Shown: positions 26,413 to 37,176 of the stretch, one piece after another | How the letters are laid out: each line of letters begins with the position of its first letter | Position numbering within the stretch: the first letter of the stretch is position 1 | Source: an uncultured Candidatus Hydrogenedens sp. | Lineage (GTDB): Bacteria > Myxococcota > UBA4151 | Reading direction: 5' to 3' | Length of the DNA stretch: 53,359 nt | Assembly (NCBI GenBank): GCA_902574205.1 | Contig: CACGMS010000004.1 | Span: 1 to 53,359 of the forward strand | Notes under the pieces: generated by a model | Databases searched by the model: none | What the model saw: only the letters and a program-made list of their open reading frames with translations | What the model was told of the DNA's origin: nothing | Program-made: the position numbers and the translations under genes

Positions 26413-27264
26413 ATGAGTTGGTCGACATGTCAAAACGCCGCCGAATTCGTGCGTCAACGCCAGGCAGAGTTGCATCGTCACGAGTCCAAGAATTGCCTGG
26501 CATGGGGCGCAATTGAGCGCTGGGAGTCGACCCCAGCCGACACCCCCAAGGTCCGATTTCTCACCTACAAGGCTGAAGCCGACGTCACCGCTCACGCGCT
26601 GCTCAGCGGCGATGAAGAGCACCTTATCCTCGGTGCCATGCACCCCTACGAAGCAGAGCAACTGATTGAGTTCCTCAACCGAAATGGCGTGCGCCTGCGA
26701 ACCATCGAAGGCCCGCAAGCCATCGCCGCCCAATTCCTATCCGATTGGACAAGCGCTCACGAGCTCAGCGTCGAGCAGCGCATGCGTCAAGGCCTGTACG
26801 AGCTATGCTCGGTGACCTTACCCGACACCCAAGGCGGCACGCTCGTTCAAGCAAGCGAGTCGCATCACAAGGACCTGTATGCCCTCATTCATGGGTTTCT
26901 CAACACCTTCGACGAGCCGTGGATGACGCCAGCGCAAATCGACGCAAGGGCTCAACGCTTTATTGAGGAGCGCCGAGCGTACCTATGGCAAATTCCGAGC
27001 GGTGAGCTGGTCTCGCTCGCAGCGGTCGTTCGAGAGACGCCAAATACCGCAAGTATTTCTTGGGTCTTTACGCCTCCAAAGCGGCGACGAAAGGGCTACG
27101 CTGGCTGTTTGGTGGGATCGCTCTCGCAAGCGCAGCTCGATGCGGGGAAGTCCGCGTGCAACCTGCACACCGACCTCGATAACCCGACCTCGAACGCCAT
27201 CTATCAGCGCCTCGGCTATCGCATAATCGCCCGTTCACTGCGTGCCCAGCTGAACGACAACTAG
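26413..27264 (+). CDS. GNAT family acetyltransferase
   Basis: ISWVFTPPKRRRKGYAG (acetyl-CoA motif A) and LHTDLDNPTSNAIYQRLGY; GAGGA RBS before the ATG at 26413. Confidence 0.9.
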   Translation: MSWSTCQNAAEFVRQRQAELHRHESKNCLAWGAIERWESTPADTPKVRFLTYKAEADVTAHALLSGDEEHLILGAMHPYEAEQLIEFLNRNGVRLRTIEGPQAIAAQFLSDWTSAHELSVEQRMRQGLYELCSVTLPDTQGGTLVQASESHHKDLYALIHGFLNTFDEPWMTPAQIDARAQRFIEERRAYLWQIPSGELVSLAAVVRETPNTASISWVFTPPKRRRKGYAGCLVGSLSQAQLDAGKSACNLHTDLDNPTSNAIYQRLGYRIIARSLRAQLNDN

Positions 27265-27427
27265 GCACCGATGATCCGCTGACAACTCGGTATCTTGAAC
27301 TCCTAAAACGGCGGACCCTCGGTGGAATGGCACCCGCTCTCTACACGTCTTAAGCGCCCTACGCTTTTCGTCGCTGCGATTTGGGTGCACCCTCCTTATC
27401 GACGCATCCCAGCGCAGTACGAGGTTC

Positions 27428-28864
27428 ATGATGAGTGTGCGAATGCTTCTTTCTTTGCTCCTGCCCGTCGCCAGCGCAGCCAGCTGCACCCAAGCGACCA
27501 CCCCACAAAGTCCAACGATCCCCTCGCAGCCCGAGGCGGGTCAGCCGACCGATGCTGCGCTCAAACCACGCGACGCCTCTAGCGCAACACCAGACGCTCG
27601 CGCGGACTCAGGCGCGATCGATACGGCGCGCCCTGCAGATATCGGCTTGGCCGACGCGGGAGCGACAACGGACGCGGGCGACGCCGGCGCAGAGCCCGCC
27701 GAACCGGTCAATCTTATCCTCAACCCAGGCTTTGAGGACGGCGACGCCCATTGGAACGTCTGGGGCGGCGCCCAGATCGTTCAATCGAGAACCCATGAAG
27801 GCGAGCGCTCGCTCCAGGTGACTCGGGTCAACGGCGCCGAACAACGCGTCGAGAACCTCGAGCCAAACACGACCTATCGACTGACCGGCTGGGCGCGCAC
27901 GGACAACCCCGACCACCCCATCAGCATCGGCGCCAAATATCATGGCAACCCTGAGGTCCGAGTCCGTTTCACCGAGGAGGCCTACAGCGAACAGTCGGTT
28001 GAGTTCAGCACCGGCTTTGGGACCACCTCCGCGATCGTCTACGCCTACAAGCACAACGGGGAGTCGCTCGCCCACGCCGACAGCCTCTCGTTGATCCGCG
28101 TGGGTCCAGCCTACGACGCCCCCATCTGGGCTGATGAGTTCAACGAAGAGGGACGCCCAGACCCCACACGATGGGATTTTGAAGAAGGCTTCGTGCGCAA
28201 CGAGGAATTGCAATGGTACCAACCCAATAACGCCTTTCAAGAGGGCGGGCACCTCATCGTCGAAGGCAGGCGTGCGAACCGGCCCAACCCCAACTTTGTC
28301 GCCGGCTCAACCGACTGGCGAACTCGGCGAGCGACCATCGACTACACCTCGGCGAGTCTGCGCACACGCGATCGCTTCGACTGGCAGTACGGACGGCTGG
28401 TGGTGCGAGCAAAAGTCACCAACGCCACAGGAACCTGGCCTGCCATCTGGACACTCGGCGTCGACTGCCCTTGGCCGTCCAACGGCGAGGTGGATGTGAT
28501 GGAAAATTACGGCGGGAACATCCTGGCGAACTTTGCTTGGGGTACCAATCAAAGATGGAGCCCGCGTTGGGACTCGTCGCGCACCCCGGTCTCTTCCTTC
28601 GACCCGAACTGGACCGAACGCTTCCATATCTGGGAGCTCGATTGGACCGAGGACCGCATGGCGATCTACCTCGACGGTCAGCTGCTCAACGATCGGCCCT
28701 TAGACAATACAGTGAATGGATCGGCAGAATGCGCTGGGCAAAACCCGTTTCACCAGCGCCATTACCTGCTGCTCAACCTGGCTTTAGGCTCCAATGGCGG
28801 AAGCGTCGACAACCTCATGTTCCCCACCCGCTACCTGGTCGACTACGTGCGCATCTACCAGTAG
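27428..28864 (+). CDS. Lipoprotein with CBM4/9-like domain + GH16 (beta-1,3-glucanase-like)
   Basis: Lipobox-like AASC; NLILNPGFE; IWADEF, WPAIW, GEVDVME (ExDxxE), LLLNLALG and VDYVRIYQ motifs. Confidence 0.9.
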   Translation: MMSVRMLLSLLLPVASAASCTQATTPQSPTIPSQPEAGQPTDAALKPRDASSATPDARADSGAIDTARPADIGLADAGATTDAGDAGAEPAEPVNLILNPGFEDGDAHWNVWGGAQIVQSRTHEGERSLQVTRVNGAEQRVENLEPNTTYRLTGWARTDNPDHPISIGAKYHGNPEVRVRFTEEAYSEQSVEFSTGFGTTSAIVYAYKHNGESLAHADSLSLIRVGPAYDAPIWADEFNEEGRPDPTRWDFEEGFVRNEELQWYQPNNAFQEGGHLIVEGRRANRPNPNFVAGSTDWRTRRATIDYTSASLRTRDRFDWQYGRLVVRAKVTNATGTWPAIWTLGVDCPWPSNGEVDVMENYGGNILANFAWGTNQRWSPRWDSSRTPVSSFDPNWTERFHIWELDWTEDRMAIYLDGQLLNDRPLDNTVNGSAECAGQNPFHQRHYLLLNLALGSNGGSVDNLMFPTRYLVDYVRIYQ

Positions 28865-29055
28865 CGATCAGCGGTCAAATAGCACATGACGCTTTGCGCT
28901 GCTGCCCAGCACTGGGTGCTTCGCTTCGGCATCGCATCAGCGACGACCAAACTGTATACATCAAGCCGAGATTACATCGCTTTTTATCGGTCATTTTACT
29001 TATTTATATACTCACAAGTAGATTATAAGAACCCTCTTAATCGGGGGATCGATCT

Positions 29056-30675
29056 GTGCGCTTTGTTTCAATCATGGTTCTCATCACTGTTGGTGTCGCA
29101 TGCGGCCCGCCGACAAACGCTCAAAATCGGACGACCGAATGGTCGGGCGAGCGCGCCCAGGGCTGCGTACAAGATTCGGACTGTGCTGCTAATCAGATCT
29201 GCTTAGCGGAGTTTGGTCGGTGTAAGTCAGTAGAGCGTGCTGATTGTAATCTTGAAGCAGGCGAGTTCTGTGCCTGTGCATCGGACGCCGAATGCCCAGA
29301 TGGTGCGTACTGCAATGGCGAAGGACTCTGTGAACTCAACGCAACATCTGCCCCCAATCCAGTCCCCCCGCCTCAAAGGTGCTTGCAAAATGCTGACTGC
29401 GCTGCTGATCAGTTATGTGTCGATGGCGCCTGCGTCGGTCAGGCGACTCCTGAGTGTCGCACGGATCGTCAGTGCCCAGGCGGTCAGCGCTGTGTTGAAG
29501 CGCAGTGTGTCGAGGGCTCTGGGTGTCGCTCCGATCTGGACTGCGATGCCCAGCAAATCTGCCGAGATACCGCCTGTATAACCGTAGCCTGTCGTCAGGA
29601 CAGTGACTGTGCAGGTGAGACTCGGTGCCAGGATAATCAGTGCATCACCCCCCCCGCCGAAGATGATCACGGTGACACGCTTGATACGGCGACGCGCGTG
29701 GAAGACTATAGCACCACACGCGGCGTGCTCAACACCAACGACGATGTCGACGTCTTCGTCTTTCGAAGCTCAATTCGAGGAACTTATCGCGCTGAAACCA
29801 CAGGAGCAAGCGATACCCTGTGTACCTTTCTCGACGCCAACGGTGGAGAGCTCGCCAACAATGACGATGACGGGGACAATCTCAACTGTCGACTCGAAAC
29901 GGTCCTAGAGCGCGGCGTGACTGTCTACCTGAGAGTGGCTGGATTTGAAGGGCGAACCGGCGCGTACACTATGGTCTTGCGCCGCCCAGAGCTTCCGCAA
30001 CCGGATGACCATGGAAATGACTTAGCCAATGCGACGAGCGTCAGCGACAACAGCGTCACCGCGGGTCGGATCGAGCAAGCTGGGGACCGTGACTACTTTG
30101 TATTCGAGACAACCGCATCGACAAACTATACGCTTTACACGACCTCGAACAGAGATACCCACTGCAGCCTATTTGATAGCAACGGGCAGCTTTTGGCGCA
30201 GGACGAAGGAAGTGGTTTGGGCGGCAACTGTCGTATCGCTGAAGCGCTGACGGGCGGACAACGTTATGGCTTCTTGGTGCGTCATAGTTCGCCAGTCGGC
30301 ACCGGCGCCTACACCCTTCGCTTCGAACGCTCGACGCGAGATCAAGATGACCAAAGTGACGAGCGGCGCAACGCGCAGATGGTGCAGTTGCCTGCTCGGA
30401 TTGAAACTCGCCTCGAGACCCGTGACCGAGATTGGTTTAGCTTTACTACGGGTGTAGCCGGAGTGTACCGGATGGAGACGCAATCAGGACTCGATACATT
30501 TTGCCGACTTGAGGATGCTCAGGGTACTCAGCTGGCTACCGATGATGACGACGGTCAGGGGATCAACTGCGGAATCGAGATTCATTTGAGCGCAGCAGAG
30601 ACCTACTTCTTTATGGTGCGAGGCTATACCTCGAATATCACAGGCGACTATGTCGCTTTGATCGAAAAGCGCTGA
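29056..30675 (+). CDS. Lipoprotein with Cys-rich repeats and three PPC-like (pre-peptidase C-terminal) domains
   Basis: Lipobox VAC; several C..D.DC....C....C repeats; three DDHG/DDQS...D.D.F...DT.C...NDD...NC units. Confidence 0.82.
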   Translation: MRFVSIMVLITVGVACGPPTNAQNRTTEWSGERAQGCVQDSDCAANQICLAEFGRCKSVERADCNLEAGEFCACASDAECPDGAYCNGEGLCELNATSAPNPVPPPQRCLQNADCAADQLCVDGACVGQATPECRTDRQCPGGQRCVEAQCVEGSGCRSDLDCDAQQICRDTACITVACRQDSDCAGETRCQDNQCITPPAEDDHGDTLDTATRVEDYSTTRGVLNTNDDVDVFVFRSSIRGTYRAETTGASDTLCTFLDANGGELANNDDDGDNLNCRLETVLERGVTVYLRVAGFEGRTGAYTMVLRRPELPQPDDHGNDLANATSVSDNSVTAGRIEQAGDRDYFVFETTASTNYTLYTTSNRDTHCSLFDSNGQLLAQDEGSGLGGNCRIAEALTGGQRYGFLVRHSSPVGTGAYTLRFERSTRDQDDQSDERRNAQMVQLPARIETRLETRDRDWFSFTTGVAGVYRMETQSGLDTFCRLEDAQGTQLATDDDDGQGINCGIEIHLSAAETYFFMVRGYTSNITGDYVALIEKR

Positions 30676-31166
30676 ACGGGGTCGGCGAATATTCATGACT
30701 CGTCGGCTGGTCAGTGTCCTTGGCTGCAATGCTCGTGGCCCATTTGAGCTCGCCATCAGCGTATGTTAAGTTCGTTAATTGAGTGTCATGAGAACCTTGT
30801 CGCTTACCCTGCTCACCGCCACGGGTTGCGCCGACATCACACCCATTGAAGATGGGAACACCTTCGGTCAAACTGTCACCCTGAAGGACTTGATCACAAG
30901 CTGCTAACTGCTCGCGTCCCAGTGCTCTGAAGGCAGGTCTGGCTAAGCACAACGTGACACCCTACCCCGTTGCCGATGTGTTGATGACCCACGGAGATGC
31001 TGATCAGCTGGTCTCAGCCCACACGAGCTCTGCTGCCGGTCTGCAGCCCCTTCCTGATTTCGCAGCGACAGTAGCCTCGCCTTAGCCTGACCGCTGCAAG
31101 CTATCTTTGATCTCCTAACGATGCAGTGATACGACACGTTGCCTTCGGAGATGAGACGGATCACAC

Positions 31167-32000
31167 GTGGCTAATGCGCTCAAACTCTTCGCTCTGCGAC
31201 AAGCCGCACGGCTCATCTATTGTGTTCGCAAGATTCACGATCTGTTCTGGAAGTCGGTCGCAGACCTCGTTGAACTTACTTTGAGCGAAGAACAAGCCGC
31301 TGCGTGGACTCGTTTTCACTATTCGAGTCGCTCGGGACAATACGTTCACAATGGCTACAACAACAGTGGTCTCTATGATTGGGAGCGGCGGGCGATCGAT
31401 GACTACTTTCCCAAGTCACCTGCTCGCATCCTCCTCACAGCGGCTGGTGGCGGACGAGAAGCGATTGCATTAGCACAGCTTGGCTATGAAGTCGTTGCCC
31501 TCGAGCCTGAGGAGCAGTTCTATTTCGAGCTCACTAAGGCTTGCGCTGGTGACGAGTCCTTGACCGCCATGCAAACGAGCCATGAGCAGTTGATCGCCAC
31601 CCCGCCGACGGATCTCCCCTGCTTTGATGGCGTCGTCATTGGCTGGGGAAGTTTCTCACATTTGCCCAAACGCGACGAGGTGTATGCGTTAATGGAAACG
31701 CTTCAAGGACTCTGTCCCAAGGGTCCGATCCTCACCAGCTTCTTTGTGCGTCAGCCTCCGCACCAACTGAGTCGCTCTCGCCAAAGACTGCGCCAGTTTA
31801 TCAAATCCTGGTCACCGATTAAGCGAACCCTTGATGGCTATTTGCGGTTCGATTATCGATTGGGTTTAGTGCGCACCTATGACCAGCAGTGGCTCGACGA
31901 ACTTGCAGCCCATGTGGATTGCCATGTCACGACCTTTGAGCCTTATCCCTATGGTCATGCGGTTCTTGTACCCAATAAGAATACCGTTGATGACGCCTGA
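31167..32000 (+). CDS. Class I SAM-dependent methyltransferase-like protein
   Basis: RILLTAAGGGREAIALAQLGYEVVALE (motif I/II); FDGVVIGWGSFSH. Confidence 0.75.
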   Translation: MANALKLFALRQAARLIYCVRKIHDLFWKSVADLVELTLSEEQAAAWTRFHYSSRSGQYVHNGYNNSGLYDWERRAIDDYFPKSPARILLTAAGGGREAIALAQLGYEVVALEPEEQFYFELTKACAGDESLTAMQTSHEQLIATPPTDLPCFDGVVIGWGSFSHLPKRDEVYALMETLQGLCPKGPILTSFFVRQPPHQLSRSRQRLRQFIKSWSPIKRTLDGYLRFDYRLGLVRTYDQQWLDELAAHVDCHVTTFEPYPYGHAVLVPNKNTVDDA

Positions 32001-32023
32001 GCGCCTGTTGCTCACGGACTTCT

Positions 32024-32515
32024 TTGGTGATTGAATCGCTCATGCACTATCTGTCTACCGCCTTCGTTGTGCTCCTTCTCGCTAGCCCGACTTTAGCTGA
32101 AGGGCTGGAGCCGTTTCCTGGGGTCGAGTACCGTCGCGTCAAAGCGTTCTATTTCAACGCCAAGATGGGTCGCCCTGAATGCATGACGCCGCTCAATAAA
32201 GATGGCTCGCTCTGCTCGTCGGTTGAAAGACCTGGCAAGCTGCTCTCGAACAAACAGACCACTCGCCTATTCAAAACACTGAACGAACCGACGTCCTTCA
32301 ACCAGTTCTTCGCCAAGTGCTTTATCCCGCATCACGCCTTTGTCCTCTATGACGCTAAAGGCAAAGCCGTCGCCCAAGTCTCAGTCTGCTTTGAGTGCAA
32401 CCGAGTCTCAATCGAACCCAGCCAGCCCAACAAGCGCTCACTGACGCAAGAGGGCCAGCGTCAACTTCAAACCTTATGCAAAGAGCTTGGGTTGAAAGCG
32501 TGCACCGGCTCTTAG
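32024..32515 (+). CDS. Hypothetical secreted protein with CFIPHH...VCFEC motif
   Basis: Signal peptide after MHYL; clustered Cys/His residues. Confidence 0.65.
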   Translation: MVIESLMHYLSTAFVVLLLASPTLAEGLEPFPGVEYRRVKAFYFNAKMGRPECMTPLNKDGSLCSSVERPGKLLSNKQTTRLFKTLNEPTSFNQFFAKCFIPHHAFVLYDAKGKAVAQVSVCFECNRVSIEPSQPNKRSLTQEGQRQLQTLCKELGLKACTGS

Positions 32516-32711
32516 GCTGCTGCGCGCCTCTCGGTGGACTTGACTCGACTCCAGACATCTTCGCACATAGAGCGACAGATTCACGAAACGAGCAACCGTA
32601 GTGAAGAGGCGATGCGAAACACTAGCCGTACGAGTCGCTAAATAATTAAATTTTTATACATTTATCGCCGAGTTCAAGGACGAATTTGTCAATGGTATAC
32701 CGATCAACAAC

Positions 32712-33575
32712 ATGCGAACGCTAACTGATCACGAAATGAGTTCACAATGGACCCATCGTCCGACTCAAACGCACCACCGCATCCATATCGGCAGATTTAA
32801 GCGACCGGTTCTACTCGTATTCGGAATCGAAGGGTTGTTCCTGGCACTGAGTATAGCACTCAATGAACTGACCTATTTTATCGTGGGCGCAGCAGGAGTT
32901 CTTGGCGGCTACTTTCTTTGGGCGCGCACTCGTCGAGCCAAAGATGCGCGCACGAACCTCGAAGCCGTTCGACTTTTAGGCGCTGGCGAATTCGATAGAG
33001 CCATTCGACTGTTTGATGAACTGTGTCAATCTCCGGCTAATGGCAGTACCTTAGCCGTATTCCTCATGAACCGCGGCACGGCAAGCTTGTGTAAAGGTGA
33101 ATTTGAGGTCGCGTTGTCCATCTACCACGAGGTCCTTCGAGCCGAGCGCGGTATCGCCCGCGGTGTCTTTAAGCTGCACGGCGATATCTTTCGCGCTCGA
33201 TGCGCCGAAGGCCTCGCTGTGTATGGTGAACTGGACGCTGCAGAAGCGATGCTCGCCGTACACAAGACGCATGACGCACAAGCTCGGGCTGGAATGCAGC
33301 TCCTGGCACGTTCGGTCATCGCACTACGGCGAGGCGAACGACAGGCCGCTTGGACCCATTTGACCACGCACTGGGCGAGCGCTGAATCCATACAGACCGC
33401 CACTGAACTCAAAGCACTCCTGATCCTTCGTGCCTTTGCCGCCGACCACGCTGACCCCATCTGCAGTTCGATCACTACTCATGATCTCACGCGCAACCGC
33501 TGGCTAGGCACCCACTGGGTTGAAATGGCTGATTTTCTCAGCAACTTTGACTCCCACCAAACAGCGAAAGACTAA
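32712..33575 (+). CDS. Membrane-anchored TPR-like protein
   Basis: Two TM helices, then TPR-like helices (GEFDRAIRLF; GEFEVALSIY). Confidence 0.65.
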   Translation: MRTLTDHEMSSQWTHRPTQTHHRIHIGRFKRPVLLVFGIEGLFLALSIALNELTYFIVGAAGVLGGYFLWARTRRAKDARTNLEAVRLLGAGEFDRAIRLFDELCQSPANGSTLAVFLMNRGTASLCKGEFEVALSIYHEVLRAERGIARGVFKLHGDIFRARCAEGLAVYGELDAAEAMLAVHKTHDAQARAGMQLLARSVIALRRGERQAAWTHLTTHWASAESIQTATELKALLILRAFAADHADPICSSITTHDLTRNRWLGTHWVEMADFLSNFDSHQTAKD

Positions 33576-34744
33576 TGAACAAAGGGATCATCAAAGCCAT
33601 CCTAGTTTTTCTGCTCATTTTCGTTACTGGCTTTGGCTTTGGCTTTGCGCAGCAATCCAGCGAACTCTTGATTGTCATGTGCATCGACCCGCCTGATGTG
33701 CCCGGCGAAGACATCATCGAGCCTGTCATTCCCATCCCTCCTGAGGTCTTTTGCACCTACCTGACAGCCATCCGAAAACCGGATCCAAACGCGCTGGAGA
33801 ACCAATCGCTGTCTCGATCCGCACGACACCAAACGCTGTTTGGCTTTACCCTCGCCGGTCACCGACCGAACAATCCGCGTAGCGCGGCGCTGATCGACGA
33901 CTTTATCGCCCGCGGTATCAACTGGGATGAACCCGCAGATGGAGCGCTCACGCCCTTGCACCTTGCGGTTTTGATTCGCTCTTTAGAGCTGACAAAGAAG
34001 TTCCTCGCCGCGGGCGCCAACCCCAGGACAAAAATCAAAGACCCCGTTCATCCTATGGACCAGCTTGACGCCTTTGACGTGGCGCGCCTGCTGCACTTTA
34101 ACAGCAAAGATCAGATGGAGCACGACGAAGTCGAAGCATGGATCGAACTTGAACAGATGCTCTGCGACGACCCTAAGGTCAACGCGCACGCAGCCAGCGA
34201 GCTCACGCCCGTCGCGATCGACTCAGCGACGCACCAGCTCGAAAGCGCCGACTATTTTGGCGACGATAACCCCTACCCAGCCGACAACTACGATATGCTC
34301 GCCAACGTGATTCAAGGGCCCTTGGGAGACCAAGACCAAGCCAGCATGGGCTTCGCCAGCGTCTGGAATTTTGAACGGGTTGAGGTGCCTTGCGCCGAAC
34401 CCAGCGACTCGCCGGGCAAAGCTTGCGCACGAGCGCCGTACCAAGCTGTTGCGCCCTCAAGGCTGGAGGTGCTGATCTCGACCCCTGCCCGTCCAATCGG
34501 CGTGGACGGGCCTCCACCCGAGGTCAAAGTCACCAAGTTACAGAGCCTACGCGATCGTCCTGGGCGTGAGGCTCGCCTCGTACGCCTTCGCTCAGTCACC
34601 GTGGAGCCCCTCGGCTCCGAGTACGCTGTGCGTGTCGTCGCTGAGTTTGTTCAAGGCTGCCACGGCGAGCGGTATAACGAGGACATCTTACTGACCCTGC
34701 GCGGCAACCAGCCCCAACGCGTGGTCGTCAAGCCCGCTGACTAA
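33575..34744 (+). CDS. Exported protein with an ankyrin-like repeat
   Basis: Signal/TM; LTPLHLAV...KKFLAAGANP ankyrin motif; TAATG coupling to the previous gene. Confidence 0.65.
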   Translation: MNKGIIKAILVFLLIFVTGFGFGFAQQSSELLIVMCIDPPDVPGEDIIEPVIPIPPEVFCTYLTAIRKPDPNALENQSLSRSARHQTLFGFTLAGHRPNNPRSAALIDDFIARGINWDEPADGALTPLHLAVLIRSLELTKKFLAAGANPRTKIKDPVHPMDQLDAFDVARLLHFNSKDQMEHDEVEAWIELEQMLCDDPKVNAHAASELTPVAIDSATHQLESADYFGDDNPYPADNYDMLANVIQGPLGDQDQASMGFASVWNFERVEVPCAEPSDSPGKACARAPYQAVAPSRLEVLISTPARPIGVDGPPPEVKVTKLQSLRDRPGREARLVRLRSVTVEPLGSEYAVRVVAEFVQGCHGERYNEDILLTLRGNQPQRVVVKPAD

Positions 34745-34828
34745 CGCGATTTGATCGTCTCCAATGCAAACCGAGCGCAGGACTTCCTTTTGATCTATGC
34801 TGGCAAACGTAACGCCGATGGAAAGATC

Positions 34829-35821
34829 ATGAACATGTACCGCCTACTCACCTGCACGGTCTTGATCGCTTCATGCAGCCCTGAGACGACTAGTCCGAGC
34901 TTGAACGACACGGGCGTTCGAAACCTCGATATTGGCACGACACCAGCAGATGCTGTCGTTCCGCTCGCAGATGCCATGCCGCCCATAAGCGATGCAGCCG
35001 TTGAGATCACGGACACAGGACCCACGCCACAAGGCGATCGCCCCTTGGTGCGACGGGTGACTGATCACACCATCAATCAAGTGATCAATGGCGAAAATGT
35101 AGGGCGCTCGTTCCATATCATGGCACCCTCGAGGATCGACGAGAACGTCAACTACCCGGTGGTTTTTGCCTTTCACGGTAAAGGCGGTCAGGGGCGTAAC
35201 TTTGTCAGCTCTATGATTCCTTTTGTCGATGCAGGTCGCTTTATCGCCGTGTTACCCAATGGCATCGATCGGGGTTGGAACTTGGGTACAAGCCCTGCCC
35301 GTCCTGACGACCTCGCCTTTGTCGATTCCCTAATTGAATACCTGCGGCAGTTTCGAGGCATCAATCGTGAACGCATGTATGCTCTGGGGTTTTCTAACGG
35401 CGCCGGCTTAGTCCACCTGATCGCAGCCAACCGCCAGCACTTTCGCGCTCATGCTGCTATGGCAACAGCCCTTATTGAAGGCAATGAACCCGATGCTTAT
35501 GTTCATCGTGCTTCCTTCTTATCCGTACACGGAATGGATGACCCAGTCTGTCCTTACGAGGGCGGTCCAGGACGAGTTCGGCTGAACTTTTTAGCTGCCG
35601 AAGCGAGCGCTCAGCTCTGGGCGCGCCAGCTCGGATGTCCGCTCGAACCTTCCGAATCTGGCGAGACAGAAGAGGGCAATCGTCGATTTTTATGGTCACC
35701 CTGCGATGAGGGGCACCGAGTCTTGCATTACGGCGTAGCGGGCTCGGCACACAGCATACCGCGCTCAACCGAGGGCGGCTTGTACTCACTCATCGTCGAT
35801 TTCTTCGAAGCATCGCCCTGA
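34829..35821 (+). CDS. LpqC/PHB-depolymerase-like alpha/beta hydrolase lipoprotein
   Basis: Lipobox IASC; PVVFAFHG, DDLAFV, GFSNG nucleophile elbow, HGMDD, catalytic H (AHS). Confidence 0.85.
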   Translation: MNMYRLLTCTVLIASCSPETTSPSLNDTGVRNLDIGTTPADAVVPLADAMPPISDAAVEITDTGPTPQGDRPLVRRVTDHTINQVINGENVGRSFHIMAPSRIDENVNYPVVFAFHGKGGQGRNFVSSMIPFVDAGRFIAVLPNGIDRGWNLGTSPARPDDLAFVDSLIEYLRQFRGINRERMYALGFSNGAGLVHLIAANRQHFRAHAAMATALIEGNEPDAYVHRASFLSVHGMDDPVCPYEGGPGRVRLNFLAAEASAQLWARQLGCPLEPSESGETEEGNRRFLWSPCDEGHRVLHYGVAGSAHSIPRSTEGGLYSLIVDFFEASP

Positions 35822-36849
35822 CACGCCCCTGACTTTGGCGTCGCCTCAAGCAGTGAAACACCGCGCTCCTTGAGCCGCATCTGTCGATACTTCTCTTTCA
35901 TCTTCTCCAACGCCTTTTTGTATTTCTCACAGGGGTCCTCGTCGTCGAGACGCGGGGTAAACCAGATATAATCGAAGCGCTCTGGAGCATAGTTTGCCGG
36001 ATTAGTCTGGTTCCTTTGGACTTCGATCAGGCCAATACTCAACGTCTTCTGCCGAAGGTGATTCGGCAGGCCGTAATCTCTTCGCACATGACCATTACCG
36101 GCAATGACCACCGCTCGACGCCCTGCTTGTTCTCGCTCGAGCGCTGACGTCATCTGCGACGCCATCCAATGATCTTTAAAAACCTGCGCCCCAACCATCA
36201 TATCGATCATAGCGCCGGCTGCGTTCCCGCAATGTCCTCGATCAATGTCCGCTCGTAGTTTAGCGACTCCTTGTTTCGGCAAACGACTAAGATACTTTGC
36301 GTTCTCCTCTGCAAACTTGTCAGGCTGCCGCGCACGGCTCATGAGGCGCTGACGAGACGGATGAATCGCCAGCGGCGTCATACGCAACCGATTGACCACA
36401 TCAAAAATAGGCCGATAAAGCTCAAAATTTGGCCAGCCGCTTTGCGCCCACTCACTGGCTTTCGCAATCTGATCAGCGCTCATCCCTGCAGTAACGCTGG
36501 ACTCGTCTTGCTCATCGAGCATCTCAAAGCCGACTAATGCTAAGGGGCCGACCTGCTCTAGAATCTGAGCTTGCAGTCGATGGTGGTCGGGATGGTCATG
36601 ACGCTCGCCCAACAGGACCACATCATGAGCTGCTAAGGCTCCGAATAGATCAGTCCTCCCGACAAAGTCGTTCGCTTGCCTCGACCAAATCTTACCCACC
36701 ATGGGGTGCTCGGCATCGAGACTTGCCTTCCATGCGTACATCATCCGTCGATCGTTATCGGGCTTCGAATGCTTTGGCGTGCTGGTGCACGCGTTCCAAA
36801 CGAGCGCAGACAGGCCGATCAATGATAGTCTATTGATTCTTAATCTCAC
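35728..36849 (-). CDS. ChaN family (heme-binding/iron-regulated) lipoprotein
   Basis: Lipobox-like WNAC; VLLGERHDHPDHHRLQ, GFEML, W..SGW..F..YRP and AGNGHVR motifs. Confidence 0.85.
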   Translation of the reverse strand: MRLRINRLSLIGLSALVWNACTSTPKHSKPDNDRRMMYAWKASLDAEHPMVGKIWSRQANDFVGRTDLFGALAAHDVVLLGERHDHPDHHRLQAQILEQVGPLALVGFEMLDEQDESSVTAGMSADQIAKASEWAQSGWPNFELYRPIFDVVNRLRMTPLAIHPSRQRLMSRARQPDKFAEENAKYLSRLPKQGVAKLRADIDRGHCGNAAGAMIDMMVGAQVFKDHWMASQMTSALEREQAGRRAVVIAGNGHVRRDYGLPNHLRQKTLSIGLIEVQRNQTNPANYAPERFDYIWFTPRLDDEDPCEKYKKALEKMKEKYRQMRLKERGVSLLEATPKSGACQGDASKKSTMSEYKPPSVERGMLCAEPATP

Positions 36850-37137
36850 GTTGTACTCCTACCCACCGTAAGCAGATCATCATGCCCGACTCATTCGGTT
36901 GACCTCAAGGATATCGCATCCAAAGATCATAAACGCTATGGTCATATGGGTCGGTACGCCCAACAATCCAATACCGACGACGAAAACAGATCAGAAAACA
37001 CCGACATCACGCTTTACACACGGCAGGTCAGACCCTAGGTAGCTGATACAGATGTCTGGAACGAGTCCGCCGATGGAGTCTCACCCGCATACTGAAATCA
37101 CCTCCATATTTAACTTTACCCGAGTAAGCTTGCATTT

Positions 37138-37156
37138 GATAATGAATATCATTATC
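37138..37156. promoter_or_regulatory. Fur-type box
   Basis: GATAATGAATATCATTATC, 17/19 to the consensus GATAATGATAATCATTATC, between divergent chaN and the metal transporter gene. Confidence 0.8.
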
Positions 37157-37176
37157 GGTAATGCCGCAATGGACTG

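Noticed and set aside
35728-35821. 94-bp convergent overlap of chaN and the esterase as a functional feature
   Set aside because: The ChaN tail past the Lys-rich helix looks like simple run-on to the next stop; nothing supports a function.
36850-37176. yybP-ykoY (Mn) riboswitch upstream of the transporter
   Set aside because: I could not find the conserved motif; only a Fur-type box is supported.
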